A stretch of DNA of 44,089 bases from a virus. The stretch lies in the IMG/VR virus record IMGVR_UViG_3300004154_000345. One strand, given 5' to 3'. Under the pieces are notes generated by a model, which made no database searches, had not been told where the DNA came from, and worked only from the letters and a program-made list of their open reading frames with translations. The first letter of the stretch is position 1; each line of letters starts with the position of its first letter. Positions 10,489-21,221 of this stretch are shown here, piece after piece. A program made the position numbers and the translations under genes.

Positions 10489-11058
10489 CTAAGTATTTAG
10501 AAGAAATACAATATTTTTTTCTTTCCCTTGATCTTTCTTAAACACCTTAACCATCATAGATATTTGATTATTATTTTCATATAAAACATCTAATTTAGCC
10601 ATTGTATATTCATTTCTCGAAATAATGTTATTTTTATCAATTTTAATTGATTTTATAGACAATTCACTGTTTTTTAATTTCATAATTAAATTTGAAAAGT
10701 CAATAAAATCTTTTTCGTTTTTTATAGTTAAATCACTATATATTTTTTCTTTGTTCAAACTATAATAATCTATTATTTGTTTTTCATTTTTATTAAGTAG
10801 TGTTTTATAATACTGTGGGAGTGTTGATTTATAAAATGTTGAGATTGTTTCATAATAAATTTTACTACTAATATTTCCATTTCCATATTTTTCGAAAAAA
10901 TAATATGAATTTTCTACCAGAATAGTTTCTGCTTCAACAGTTTCAAGAGGTTTTTCTTCTATTTTTTTATATGTGTACTTATATTTCATTAAAATAATAG
11001 ATATTATACTCATAAATATCAATATACATATTAATTTTAAAATAGTGTTTTTTTTCAT
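10489..11058 (-). CDS. Small membrane-anchored protein of the T4SS-like locus
   Basis: ORF track starts at 11094, but AGGAGGT lies directly upstream of the internal ATG at 11058 (MKKNTILKLICILIFMSIISIILM...); single TM. Confidence 0.65.
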   Translation of the reverse strand: MKKNTILKLICILIFMSIISIILMKYKYTYKKIEEKPLETVEAETILVENSYYFFEKYGNGNISSKIYYETISTFYKSTLPQYYKTLLNKNEKQIIDYYSLNKEKIYSDLTIKNEKDFIDFSNLIMKLKNSELSIKSIKIDKNNIISRNEYTMAKLDVLYENNNQISMMVKVFKKDQGKEKNIVFLLNT

Positions 11059-11138
11059 ATTACCTCCTAATTTTTTCTTTTGCTCTTCAAACATAATAAA
11101 TAACCTTTTATTTATATAACTTTGATTTATAAGATTAA

Positions 11139-14100
11139 TTAATATCCTTCTCTAACTAGCATTTCAATTTCATCTTCTGAAAACTCTCCATTGATTATTC
11201 TTGTTGCAATATCTATTTGTCTTGTAACTCTGTCATTCCATCCTTGATTATAATCAAAATCATCTCCTTTTGAAGCTCTGGCCTTATTTATAATAGCAGT
11301 TACCAGTTGCTCATCAGACATATTAGGGAATATAACAGTTTCTATTCCTGAATAGTTTCCTGCCCAAAGCTTTGCAGATATATAAGTTCCAAATACAGTG
11401 CCTCTTCTTTCCGCAATCCATTCATATCCTGATGGTGGTACTCCATAATCTTCTTTCATGCATTCTACTTGCAAAGCTAAAAAAGTCTCTTTATCTCTTG
11501 CATTTATTTCCCTAAATGCTTTTCTAATTTCGCTATTTTCGCCATTAGAAATATCTGCTATAACTATCGAAGAATTCCAACTAGCAAATGCTTCTAAACC
11601 TCCACATAAAGTTGGATCTTTTGCAGCTAATTTAGCACATATATTTGAAACATTATTCATACTTGAAGTTGTTGTCCATTGTATAATTCCAACTGCAACT
11701 TCACCTCCTGAAAGCATGGCAACTGATTCAGTTCCACTTCCAGGTCTATCTAATGCTCCAGACTCAAATGGAAGGAAATATAATAATTCCCATTCGGAGA
11801 TAGATTTACTACTTTTTGGTAATCCAATATAATCTTCTATATTTCCAATAATAGCTTTATTTTTATCTCTTAGAATTATTTTAATATTTTCAATTGTTGT
11901 AACACCTATAATTCTTCCTTTTTCAATTGCAAATCTATTTATTCCATTTTCATCAGGTGTTCCTCCTGTAGCAAAACCATTACGTAATTCTTCGTCAACA
12001 TTAATACCACTAATAATCATTGTAAACCCATCTAATGGTCTTAAACGTGGATCTTGTTCAACAGAAAACTCTAATGTAATTTGATTTTGTTCTATGGCAG
12101 TAACATATGCTGCTCCTGGTGTGATAACATCTAAGCCTTCTGTAAATCCTCCATTAGAAACATTTTTCTTAACTACTTTTGTAATTATATTTGAAGATAA
12201 TTTCTGAGCATTAAATCTTGGGTCTAACCAACCACTTTCTGTTACTCCGCCAGTAGTTGCATCAATAAATTTTACATTGTCTAAATTCAAACAAACATTA
12301 TATAAATTTGTATTATAATCATTTATTTTCTTGTTTTGAGCAACAATTTCTTTAGAAGCTTCTTCTAAAATATTAGGTTGTTCTAATGGTAGAATTTGTA
12401 ATACATATATTGCAATATCAGGTGATTCATAATTTTGTTCTTGCAATTTTGTTCTAATATCTTGAAGTAATTTTTTTGTATTAACAATTGCATTTGTATC
12501 ATCTTTAGAATTTGCATTTAAATACATACACAAAGCTGTTGGTTTTTCATTTATAATTCTTGTTACAATAGAATCAGCATTTAAACCAGAATTCGAATAC
12601 GAAATATTACTTCCTGCACCTTGTAGTGTTCCCATATCATATATTCCATCAGTATCTGATAAAAATATAAAGTTATCTAGACTAGACATTTTTTCGATTG
12701 TTATTGTTTTTTTATCTTTTATATTAGAACTAGATAATAATGTTGTTCCATATTCCAACATACTTTCATCATCTTTAATTGGTGGCCATTCATCTGGTGT
12801 AAATGCTGGTATAAACCAATCTAGTAAACTAGTTTCAACTTGTTCAATTTCTGCTCTAGAATAATAACCTAATTCAATTAAAAATTCCTTAAATTCTCTA
12901 TATATATAATCTGCATCTAGTGAATGCATTCCTTCTAATATTGATAATGCATTTAAAGAAGCTGTATTATTAATAATATTAACTTTTTTTCTTCTTATAT
13001 CTGAACCAACAGATTTTAATGCATTATTTATACTATCAACAGATTCTTTAGTTTGTTCAAACGTTCCATCAACTGAAGACACATATTTTTTTGGTGCATT
13101 TATTACAAAAGCCTTCAAAATAGTATCTGCACCACTTGCACTTTGCAGAACATTTCCGTTTTTCTTGTATGTAGTAATAATAGGATTAGAACTTGGTGCA
13201 CTTCCTGTGTCGTCTCTAACAACTCCAGTAATTCTACCATTTTTTGTATATACTTTTATATGTTCACCTTCATTATATGCTTCAATTAATTTTGCATTTG
13301 CTATTTCATCAGCTGTTTCCTTAGAACCATCATATTGATAATAATAACCTTGTGTAAACAATTTTCTAGATGTTTTATACCCTTGTCCTAATGTATAATC
13401 ATTTAATAAATTTTGTGTCTGAGAATCAACTGGTACATCTGTTATATCAGACTTTACTCCATTTTGTGTTACAACATCACCTTTAATAACATATGGTTCC
13501 CCATCTTGAACAGGATAATTTTCATCTAATGTTTTAAATTGATAAAACAATGCAAAATTAGGAATATTTTCACCTGGGTATGGTGTTTCAAAAACTGTAC
13601 CTTTTTTTGTATATTTATAATTAAAAACCAAATCCTTATACCAATGTTTTATAACACTTTGAATATGTGGTACAAATGTTTTTATTTCTGGATTTCTTAC
13701 CAAAAATTCATCATATATCATATCTAATTGTGTTGAAGTTAGACCTATCTCATTTGCTAATATTTCCTTTAATTTTTTTGCAGATGTTGATACACTTTTT
13801 TGAACTTCTAAATCTTCTCTAATTTCTTGTAAAAAATTATTTAATCCAGATACCTGTTCTTCTGCCCATTCTTCTTTATAGTTATTGTATTTTCCTTCTT
13901 TTTCATACTGGCTTGCACCTTCTAAATCATTTTGTTGAATATATTCTATGAACTCTAATGGTGCTTCTAATCCATCTACCCATAAATTAAAACTATCAAC
14001 ATAGTAACTTCCATTTCCATAATTTAATTGTTCTTGAGTAACTGTTTCTCCTAAAATTAAATTTTCAAAATAAATGTCTATTCCATTAAAAATAGTATAA

Positions 14101-15629
14101 TATTCTGTTTTTAATCGAGTTTTCCAGCTTTCAGAGAATCTTGGGTAATCTGATGAAGTAGCTTCTTCTTGTAAAATAATCTCATCATTTTTTAGTGCAT
14201 TTTCAAATGCTGGTAATGCTCTTAATCTATATGCTACTGTTTGTTGAGATCTTGTTTCTCCAGATTCATAATGATATGTATAAATAATATTATCGCCATC
14301 CCAATAATCAACACTAATAGAATCATTGTATAATCTTGTGTTATTATTATAAGCATAATCAATATCAGCTGGAGTACCAATATACCTTCCAAATACTAAA
14401 TCTGAAGCATTTGAATCTTTATATATTTGTAAACTTGTAGTATTTATTAATTCTGCTATTTTTCTGTTTGTTTCAGTTTCTCCTATTGAACTTTGGAAAT
14501 CTGTTAAAGTCGTTTCAAAATTATCAAATGCATGTTTTATTGAAGCAACACTATATATTCCTTCTTTTAATCCATTTATTATTTGATCTTTATTTTCTAT
14601 CCCATAATCTCCAGTATCTTTATTTCTTTTAAAAACAATAGGCATTGGTTCATCATTTATTGTACCTATATTTATATCTGCTTCCCCATTAGGTCCTACT
14701 AATTTTAACCCAACTTCTAATTTAACTTCCTGAGTATTAATATTTACAACTGTTTGTAAGTTTTCATTTGATATGAATTCATATACTAAATCTGGCATCA
14801 TTGTAGATGTATGTAGAGCAAGTAGAAGTTCTAAAGGAGTTCCATATCTTCCTGCCCAGCCATCAATGTTATATTGATAAACATCAGTTTTAAAAAATCC
14901 ATTCATATTTTTAAATGTTAGTGTTAAATTTTCTCTATCTAAATCAACACCATCTACCAAGCTTACTGCCCCATAGATATTTAACATTCCTTCTCCCCAA
15001 TTTGACAATGTTCCAGTTGTTTTTAATATTGCATTTATTGGGTTTACATTTTTACTAACAAATATTCTTTCATTTGCCAAGTAATATGAGAATAAGTAAC
15101 TTGGTTGTACTGTTGTATTAAAATCTACATTAATTATTTCTTCTATAAAGCTTGTTATAACTTGTTTCTTAGGGTCATCTTGTGATTCTGCTTTTCCTAC
15201 ACTTCTAACAAAACCCATTCCTACTACATCATAACCCATATCTTCTAAATAATTTAATAATTCAAGTTTTTTTGCTTGTAGTTCTTCTTCATTTATATTA
15301 CTTAAATCTTCTTGTGTCCACCATTGTTTTATACTTATTGATACTTTATCTATAGTAGTAATTATTTTGTCCACAATTGCTCCAGGCATATTAATGGCAA
15401 ATGCTATAAATCCTATACACATAATTAATATTATTAAACCTGCTAATATATAATATAAAACTTTTCCAATTCCTTTTGCATATTTTCCTTTTTTTTGTGC
15501 TTCTTTTGCTTTTTTTATTGCATTTCTGGTTTGTTTTCCAGCTTCATCTTTTGCTCTATCAGCTGTTCTACTTACACCAGTGGATTGTTGCTGTTCTTGC
15601 TGCATATAATCCAAATTATCATCTGCCAT
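11139..15629 (-). CDS. 1496-aa membrane-anchored T4SS-associated protein with lysozyme-like C-terminal domain (candidate cell-wall hydrolase/extracellular component)
   Basis: One TM near the N-terminus (VLYYILAGLIILIMCIGFIAFAI); C-terminal SGGEVAVGIIQWTTTSSMNNVSNIC...FLALQVECMKEDYG resembles tail-lysozyme GIxQWT / QxEF patterns; RBS-like GAAGGTG. Confidence 0.6.
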   Translation of the reverse strand: MADDNLDYMQQEQQQSTGVSRTADRAKDEAGKQTRNAIKKAKEAQKKGKYAKGIGKVLYYILAGLIILIMCIGFIAFAINMPGAIVDKIITTIDKVSISIKQWWTQEDLSNINEEELQAKKLELLNYLEDMGYDVVGMGFVRSVGKAESQDDPKKQVITSFIEEIINVDFNTTVQPSYLFSYYLANERIFVSKNVNPINAILKTTGTLSNWGEGMLNIYGAVSLVDGVDLDRENLTLTFKNMNGFFKTDVYQYNIDGWAGRYGTPLELLLALHTSTMMPDLVYEFISNENLQTVVNINTQEVKLEVGLKLVGPNGEADINIGTINDEPMPIVFKRNKDTGDYGIENKDQIINGLKEGIYSVASIKHAFDNFETTLTDFQSSIGETETNRKIAELINTTSLQIYKDSNASDLVFGRYIGTPADIDYAYNNNTRLYNDSISVDYWDGDNIIYTYHYESGETRSQQTVAYRLRALPAFENALKNDEIILQEEATSSDYPRFSESWKTRLKTEYYTIFNGIDIYFENLILGETVTQEQLNYGNGSYYVDSFNLWVDGLEAPLEFIEYIQQNDLEGASQYEKEGKYNNYKEEWAEEQVSGLNNFLQEIREDLEVQKSVSTSAKKLKEILANEIGLTSTQLDMIYDEFLVRNPEIKTFVPHIQSVIKHWYKDLVFNYKYTKKGTVFETPYPGENIPNFALFYQFKTLDENYPVQDGEPYVIKGDVVTQNGVKSDITDVPVDSQTQNLLNDYTLGQGYKTSRKLFTQGYYYQYDGSKETADEIANAKLIEAYNEGEHIKVYTKNGRITGVVRDDTGSAPSSNPIITTYKKNGNVLQSASGADTILKAFVINAPKKYVSSVDGTFEQTKESVDSINNALKSVGSDIRRKKVNIINNTASLNALSILEGMHSLDADYIYREFKEFLIELGYYSRAEIEQVETSLLDWFIPAFTPDEWPPIKDDESMLEYGTTLLSSSNIKDKKTITIEKMSSLDNFIFLSDTDGIYDMGTLQGAGSNISYSNSGLNADSIVTRIINEKPTALCMYLNANSKDDTNAIVNTKKLLQDIRTKLQEQNYESPDIAIYVLQILPLEQPNILEEASKEIVAQNKKINDYNTNLYNVCLNLDNVKFIDATTGGVTESGWLDPRFNAQKLSSNIITKVVKKNVSNGGFTEGLDVITPGAAYVTAIEQNQITLEFSVEQDPRLRPLDGFTMIISGINVDEELRNGFATGGTPDENGINRFAIEKGRIIGVTTIENIKIILRDKNKAIIGNIEDYIGLPKSSKSISEWELLYFLPFESGALDRPGSGTESVAMLSGGEVAVGIIQWTTTSSMNNVSNICAKLAAKDPTLCGGLEAFASWNSSIVIADISNGENSEIRKAFREINARDKETFLALQVECMKEDYGVPPSGYEWIAERRGTVFGTYISAKLWAGNYSGIETVIFPNMSDEQLVTAIINKARASKGDDFDYNQGWNDRVTRQIDIATRIINGEFSEDEIEMLVREGY

Positions 15630-15666
15630 ATTTTCACCTTCTTTTCATTAATTTAAGTACATTTAT

Positions 15667-17691
15667 TTATATAGAATCCATAGTTGTATTATTATTTGAT
15701 TGACCTGATTGTGATGTTTGAGATGCTTGTGCTGCAGCTCTTGCTGCTTCTCTGGCTTCTTGCGCTCTTTTTTCAGCTTCTTGTCTTTCATTACTATTAT
15801 AAGAATTTGCTTCTCTAGTTGCTTGAGATAATTTTTCGTATCCACCTGTACTTTGATGTCTTGATGTATTAATATAACCCATTTGCGTTTTTCTAATAGT
15901 ATCTAAAACATGTTGTTTTGAAACACTTTCATCATCTCCGCCACCTCTATATTGTTCAGCAAGACTATCTAGATATTTTCTATATTTTAAATCACCAGAA
16001 TCTAAATTTCCTTTTTCTAAATCTGCATTCATAATTTCATCTGTTCTATTTATTAATTGTTCTGGATCATCTAATCCTTGTTCTTGTGACCAAGCAATAT
16101 ATTCAGCACCTAAAACTTTTTCATCTTCTTTTGTATCTCTTCTATATTGTGTATTATTGATAATATTTGAAACACCTTTAGCTGCGCTTCCACCAAGAGC
16201 CGCACCTGCCATTAAACCTTTTCCATCACCTGTTCCAGCACCTAAAATTGCTCCTGCAGCTGCTGCTCCAACTTTTGCTGAAGCTTTTGCATATTCCATA
16301 CCAGCATTTCGTGCAATTCTTCCAAATTTTTGTACTGGAGTTCTTTGCTGAGGTGTTATTGAATTATTTGATTGTGCACTACCTAATTGACCTGAAGAAC
16401 CTGTTCCTTGAACATTTCCATAACCACCATTTGCCGCACCTGCATTTTGAGAAGCTAATGAATTTCCACCAGAAACACCTGAATCTGGATAATCTTTTCC
16501 AGCTAAATTAGGTGTTTTGTCATTAGTCATTTTACCTTGTGATTTTTTTGGATCTGAATTTTTTCTTTTTAACATATTCATTGCTGATAATGCAAAAGCT
16601 CCTCCAGCTAAAACATTTCCTAAACTACTTGGTTGAACACCAAATATCTTTTTAACTAAATCTTCTGCTTTGTACATAAATAACATTGCAACAATTGACA
16701 TTATTAATGTTGCTACAGACTTGTCTGTAGACATTGCTGTTACAGACGTTAAAACTAAAGCCCCATATATAATACAATGAAATGGTTGTATTAAAATATT
16801 ATATGTAAATTCTTTTAACCAGTTATTTAATGCTTGAGATTTTCCATCTCCCATTTTATCTATTGAATAAGTAATAGTAATTAGAGGAGAAATAATAATT
16901 AAAAATGCTGTAATAATAACACGTTTTAAATACATTATTAAAAATAGAAATGTTATCATAATTAGTATTCCATATAAAATGGTACTTCCTACACCTTGTG
17001 TAAAAGATGGTGACCAGGCCTCTGCATATAAATATGTCATAACTTCTCCTAAAGCATCATTTCCACTACCAAATGAAAATGCATCTTTAAGAATTTTTAC
17101 TAATACATTATTTATATCTATAATAATTATCATAATATATTGTAATATATAGACTAATACTAAACTAACTGCCCAATCTTTAAACATTTTTTTGTATTTT
17201 GCTTCTTCTGATGCTACTGTAGAAATTGCCATTCTTATTCCTACATAAAGTAGTATTCCTAATAAAACAATTACAGATATATTTCTAATTGTTACATACC
17301 ACAAAGCTACAGAATTTTGCAAGCTTGAGATAAAATTCAATCCAGAATTATTTGTATTAAAGAAATTTATTGTTGTTATTGGTAATTCATTAAAAATAAT
17401 ATCTGCTGGAGTTAAATTTACACCTAAACCTTGTCCACCACCAGTCGTTATAACTCCTGATAATATAAATTGTATAACAATTAAAATTACTAAAACTACT
17501 AATTTAACACCATAAACTAGTATTCCTGCTATACCATCACCTATAGCATCCCCGCCTTCTAGGCTTTCCTCTTCACCTATTTGAAGATCCCATTCTGCTG
17601 CATAAGTAGTGGTATTAATAGCAAAAATAGTAATTATAATTAATGTTATTATACAAATTGCATATATAATTTTTTTCTGTTTTTTTGTCAT
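15667..17691 (-). CDS. VirB6/TrbL-like polytopic membrane channel protein 1
   Basis: 674 aa; multiple TMs; ISVIVLLGILLYVGIRMAISTVASEEAKYKKMFKDWAVSLVLVYILQYIM shared with the other two paralogues; Gly/Gln-rich C-terminal tail. Confidence 0.75.
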   Translation of the reverse strand: MTKKQKKIIYAICIITLIIITIFAINTTTYAAEWDLQIGEEESLEGGDAIGDGIAGILVYGVKLVVLVILIVIQFILSGVITTGGGQGLGVNLTPADIIFNELPITTINFFNTNNSGLNFISSLQNSVALWYVTIRNISVIVLLGILLYVGIRMAISTVASEEAKYKKMFKDWAVSLVLVYILQYIMIIIIDINNVLVKILKDAFSFGSGNDALGEVMTYLYAEAWSPSFTQGVGSTILYGILIMITFLFLIMYLKRVIITAFLIIISPLITITYSIDKMGDGKSQALNNWLKEFTYNILIQPFHCIIYGALVLTSVTAMSTDKSVATLIMSIVAMLFMYKAEDLVKKIFGVQPSSLGNVLAGGAFALSAMNMLKRKNSDPKKSQGKMTNDKTPNLAGKDYPDSGVSGGNSLASQNAGAANGGYGNVQGTGSSGQLGSAQSNNSITPQQRTPVQKFGRIARNAGMEYAKASAKVGAAAAGAILGAGTGDGKGLMAGAALGGSAAKGVSNIINNTQYRRDTKEDEKVLGAEYIAWSQEQGLDDPEQLINRTDEIMNADLEKGNLDSGDLKYRKYLDSLAEQYRGGGDDESVSKQHVLDTIRKTQMGYINTSRHQSTGGYEKLSQATREANSYNSNERQEAEKRAQEAREAARAAAQASQTSQSGQSNNNTTMDSI

Positions 17692-17705
17692 TTTTATTCC
17701 TCCTA

Positions 17706-20700
17706 TTACTTATTTTTTTCTTCGCCTGTAATTTTTTTAATAATCTTATCGGCTTTTTCAACTTTTTTTCCACTACCTTCATATAGGTTTTCGTATTCTC
17801 TAATTCTCTCTTGTAATTTTTCTTTTAATTCCTCAACTTTATCATTTTTTGTAGAATCAACTTTTGTAGATTTTATACTTCCTTTTTGAGCTAAACCTTT
17901 CTTAAATGCTGATTGCATATCAGAGGAAATAATAACATTTTTTCTACTTCTAGACTTGTTAGCCTCCATTTTTTCCTCTAATGCTGTTCTTATATTATCT
18001 AATACATCACTATCAAATTCAAGTTTTTTACCTGCTTCTGATTCTCTTCTTTTAATAATATTCATAATATTATCTACATCAAGTTCCGATAAATGTGTTA
18101 AAGAATTCCCACTCATATATTCATCAATTGCGCCTTTAACTGTAGAACTTTTTACTCTTTTTATCATTGCTTCTTTTGCTGTGCTTCCAAATTCCTTATT
18201 AACTTTATCTTTTAATTTATGAGCTGTTATTCCTGAATTTACCTTATGTATTTCATGTTCTATCTCTTTATAAATCTCATTAATTTCTTTTTCTGTTTTA
18301 TCTGCTTTTTTTAATGTTTCTATAAGCCTATGATTTTTCAATCTTGATTCCTCGTATTTGTCAATATCAAATCCTGCAGTTTTACCTACACCACCTGCAC
18401 CAAAACTTGCTAAAGTTCCTGCAATAACCGCTGGGCCAGTTGCTAACTTAGTAGCGGTATTTTTTATTTTATTTCTTCTTGCATATTTTAAGGCAGATTC
18501 TATTTGATTATCATTTCCACTATCCACAAATCTTTCATACTGTTTTTGCAATTCCATATTATTAATTGCAGTTCTATCTGTACCTTGTTTTATTGCACTA
18601 ACTGCACCCACTGCGGTACTAATACCAGCCATTGGATCAACTATAGTAGTAGGAATAGATAAGGCAATTTTTGCTGCGCCACCAATACTTGTAGAAGCTG
18701 CTTTTAATACTCTTTTATATGTTTTTTGATTAAGCTTCATATTTAATTGAAGTGCTGCTATAACTGCTTTATCCATTTTCTTAGAAGATTTTTCACCTTG
18801 TAATAAACTTAATGCTGCAATTGTTGAAATCTTATCTCTTGTTATAAAATTTAATAATCTACCTACTTTACCTGCATTCTTATAAATAAATCTTTGATTT
18901 TGTTTTTTTGTTTCTCCTTCTTCTCTTTCATACCAGATATCTCCAGCTTTTTCAGAAAATTTAATTACTTCTGCACCAGCTTTATAAACACCTTTACCTG
19001 CACCTGATAATGCTTTTGCTGTTAATTTTGCACCAAAAGTAATTTTAGCAAATTGTTGCAACAAGCTTTCAGATTGAACTGTGTCACCCACTGATTTAGC
19101 TCTATCAAAACTGAATATTTGCATAAATATTTTATCGGAATTAAGCATAAAATTTAAAATAATTAATGCAATTACAAAACCTGCCAATGAATCAAATGCC
19201 ATACTTATTGCTATTTGCATTAAGCATACATATAAAAGTGCATGAACAGATTGAAGCAAAACATTCATAGCAAATTCAAACATCCAATTAGCTATAGTTT
19301 TAGTTTTTCTTCCTGTTGCTCTTTCGAAAGCATATTTCAAACCAATTACAGGTCCAAGTAATCCAAGTATTGTAACTGTTAAATATCTTTTAAAATACAT
19401 TACAGAAAATCTAATTAGCATAAAAACTAAAAACATATAAATAATAGTACTTCCAAAACCTTCTGTAAATTTTGGTGCATATGATTTTGTTCTTATTGTT
19501 TCATACAAAGAAAATTCTCCACCATTCATTTGTAATGCTGTTTTTTCAAATATAGTAACAAAATATTCATTAATTTCAAAAATTACATACATAAACAAAT
19601 GAATTGCTAGTACAGATAAAAATGCTACTAACCATCCAACTAACGCAGATTTATATTGAGCTTTTTTATCTCCAATAGTAGTTAGAGCTATTCTTATACC
19701 CATATATATTAATAATAATAATAATGAAACAATACTTATTGTTCTAATAATAGAATACCATTGTGCTATATTTGTTCTTAACATATATACAATACTATCT
19801 TCTGCTATTTCGCTTCCACCTGCTTGTTCAACACCGAAAAAGTTAACATCTAAAATTGGAATTTTATTAAATAAGATTTCTTCTATAGAAACTCTTGAAT
19901 CCAAATTGTTTGCTTTTCCTGTTAATGAATTTACATATGAACCATTAACATCTTCACTTAATCCTAGTAATGAATCATGTACTAAATTTTCAACTAAATT
20001 TGTCCAACCAATAAGCACAGCTCTTACAGCATATGTTATTATTCCTACCAAATAATCTAATATATTTCCAAGACTATCTAAAATCCATCTTCCTGTTTCC
20101 CATCCATCTGTTGTACCTAAATAAGTTCCTGCACCTGGTATTCCCTGATATTGTATATCTGTTGCATAACCTTTATTTGCAAATACTAATGTTGCATCTG
20201 TATCTAATATTTTTGCTGCAGTTTCACTTTTTACTCTTAAAACAGTATCTATTGTTGAATCTAAATCATCTAAATAACATTTAATTAAAACAATTTTGTC
20301 TTCCTCAGTTTTAGGTTGTTTACAATATATTACTTGTCCAGCTCCAATATATAAATAAACTTCCCCAATATATTCTTCCTGTGGCTCTCCTTCTGAAGCT
20401 TGTTTGTTTTTTGATTTTATTAAAATATCTCCAGGTTTAAGCTCATCATTTGTTGAAAGAGATGAAATATTCAAAAATTCAGTTTTATTATTTGCATTTT
20501 CAGATTCAGATTGTTCCTGTTCTGATTGTCCAACTAAATATAAGTTACCATTAAATTTTATTTGTTCAAAAAACTGTTCATTCCAAGATGCTTGAGTACT
20601 TTGAGTATGTGGATTAACATAACTATATGGTGTCATAGAATTAAAGTTGGTATTACTTTGCAATCCTAAACATTGGTTATATACAAACGCAATCCAACTA

Positions 20701-21074
20701 GTACTGTTAAAACAGTATTTATTATTTACAGGATTGCCATTATATGTATCTCCTATATCTGTGGCAACCATACTATATTCTGATTTTTTAGAAAAATTAT
20801 TTTCAAAATTAATTGCAAAATTCGCAACATAATTTCCTGCCCTTTCAGATGTTAATGGAACAGAAACATCTCCCATATCAACTAAACCAGCAGCAAAAGT
20901 TGATACAATAGAAGAAAACAAAATAAATAACAACATTATTAATACTATTATTTTTTTAAATATACTATTTATTATTTTAATATTTTGTATTTTATTATTT
21001 TCTAGTTTTATATTTTTTATTTTTAAATTTTGAATTTTATTATCTATAATAGTATTCTTTAAAATTGTTATCAT
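17706..21074 (-). CDS. VirB6/TrbL-like membrane protein 2 with N-terminal NlpC/P60-like domain
   Basis: 1122 aa; N-terminal FNSTSWIAFVYNQCLGL...LKPGDIL...IGEVYLYIGAGQVIYC, then VSLLLLLIYMGIRIALTTIGDKKAQYKSALVGWLVAFLSVLAIHLFMYVIF. Confidence 0.7.
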   Translation of the reverse strand: MITILKNTIIDNKIQNLKIKNIKLENNKIQNIKIINSIFKKIIVLIMLLFILFSSIVSTFAAGLVDMGDVSVPLTSERAGNYVANFAINFENNFSKKSEYSMVATDIGDTYNGNPVNNKYCFNSTSWIAFVYNQCLGLQSNTNFNSMTPYSYVNPHTQSTQASWNEQFFEQIKFNGNLYLVGQSEQEQSESENANNKTEFLNISSLSTNDELKPGDILIKSKNKQASEGEPQEEYIGEVYLYIGAGQVIYCKQPKTEEDKIVLIKCYLDDLDSTIDTVLRVKSETAAKILDTDATLVFANKGYATDIQYQGIPGAGTYLGTTDGWETGRWILDSLGNILDYLVGIITYAVRAVLIGWTNLVENLVHDSLLGLSEDVNGSYVNSLTGKANNLDSRVSIEEILFNKIPILDVNFFGVEQAGGSEIAEDSIVYMLRTNIAQWYSIIRTISIVSLLLLLIYMGIRIALTTIGDKKAQYKSALVGWLVAFLSVLAIHLFMYVIFEINEYFVTIFEKTALQMNGGEFSLYETIRTKSYAPKFTEGFGSTIIYMFLVFMLIRFSVMYFKRYLTVTILGLLGPVIGLKYAFERATGRKTKTIANWMFEFAMNVLLQSVHALLYVCLMQIAISMAFDSLAGFVIALIILNFMLNSDKIFMQIFSFDRAKSVGDTVQSESLLQQFAKITFGAKLTAKALSGAGKGVYKAGAEVIKFSEKAGDIWYEREEGETKKQNQRFIYKNAGKVGRLLNFITRDKISTIAALSLLQGEKSSKKMDKAVIAALQLNMKLNQKTYKRVLKAASTSIGGAAKIALSIPTTIVDPMAGISTAVGAVSAIKQGTDRTAINNMELQKQYERFVDSGNDNQIESALKYARRNKIKNTATKLATGPAVIAGTLASFGAGGVGKTAGFDIDKYEESRLKNHRLIETLKKADKTEKEINEIYKEIEHEIHKVNSGITAHKLKDKVNKEFGSTAKEAMIKRVKSSTVKGAIDEYMSGNSLTHLSELDVDNIMNIIKRRESEAGKKLEFDSDVLDNIRTALEEKMEANKSRSRKNVIISSDMQSAFKKGLAQKGSIKSTKVDSTKNDKVEELKEKLQERIREYENLYEGSGKKVEKADKIIKKITGEEKNK

Positions 21075-21221
21075 TTTATTTCCTCCTTTCTGTTTTTTTG
21101 ATACTTTAATCTTTTTGATAATTTAACATTTACAAAAGATACATTACTCTTAATTGTATTTATAGATTTTTGTATTTAAATTTCGAATCTATTCCATTAA
21201 TTATATCTAATGTTCTAAATC

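Noticed and set aside
11458-15845. Short ORFs 11458-11832, 13539-13727, 15476-15703 and 15663-15845
   Set aside because: Antisense or overlapping shadows of the 1496-aa and 674-aa genes, low-complexity composition.
16157-20832. Plus-strand ORFs within the VirB6-like genes
   Set aside because: Antisense to well-supported membrane protein genes; His/Leu-rich artefacts of AT-rich code.
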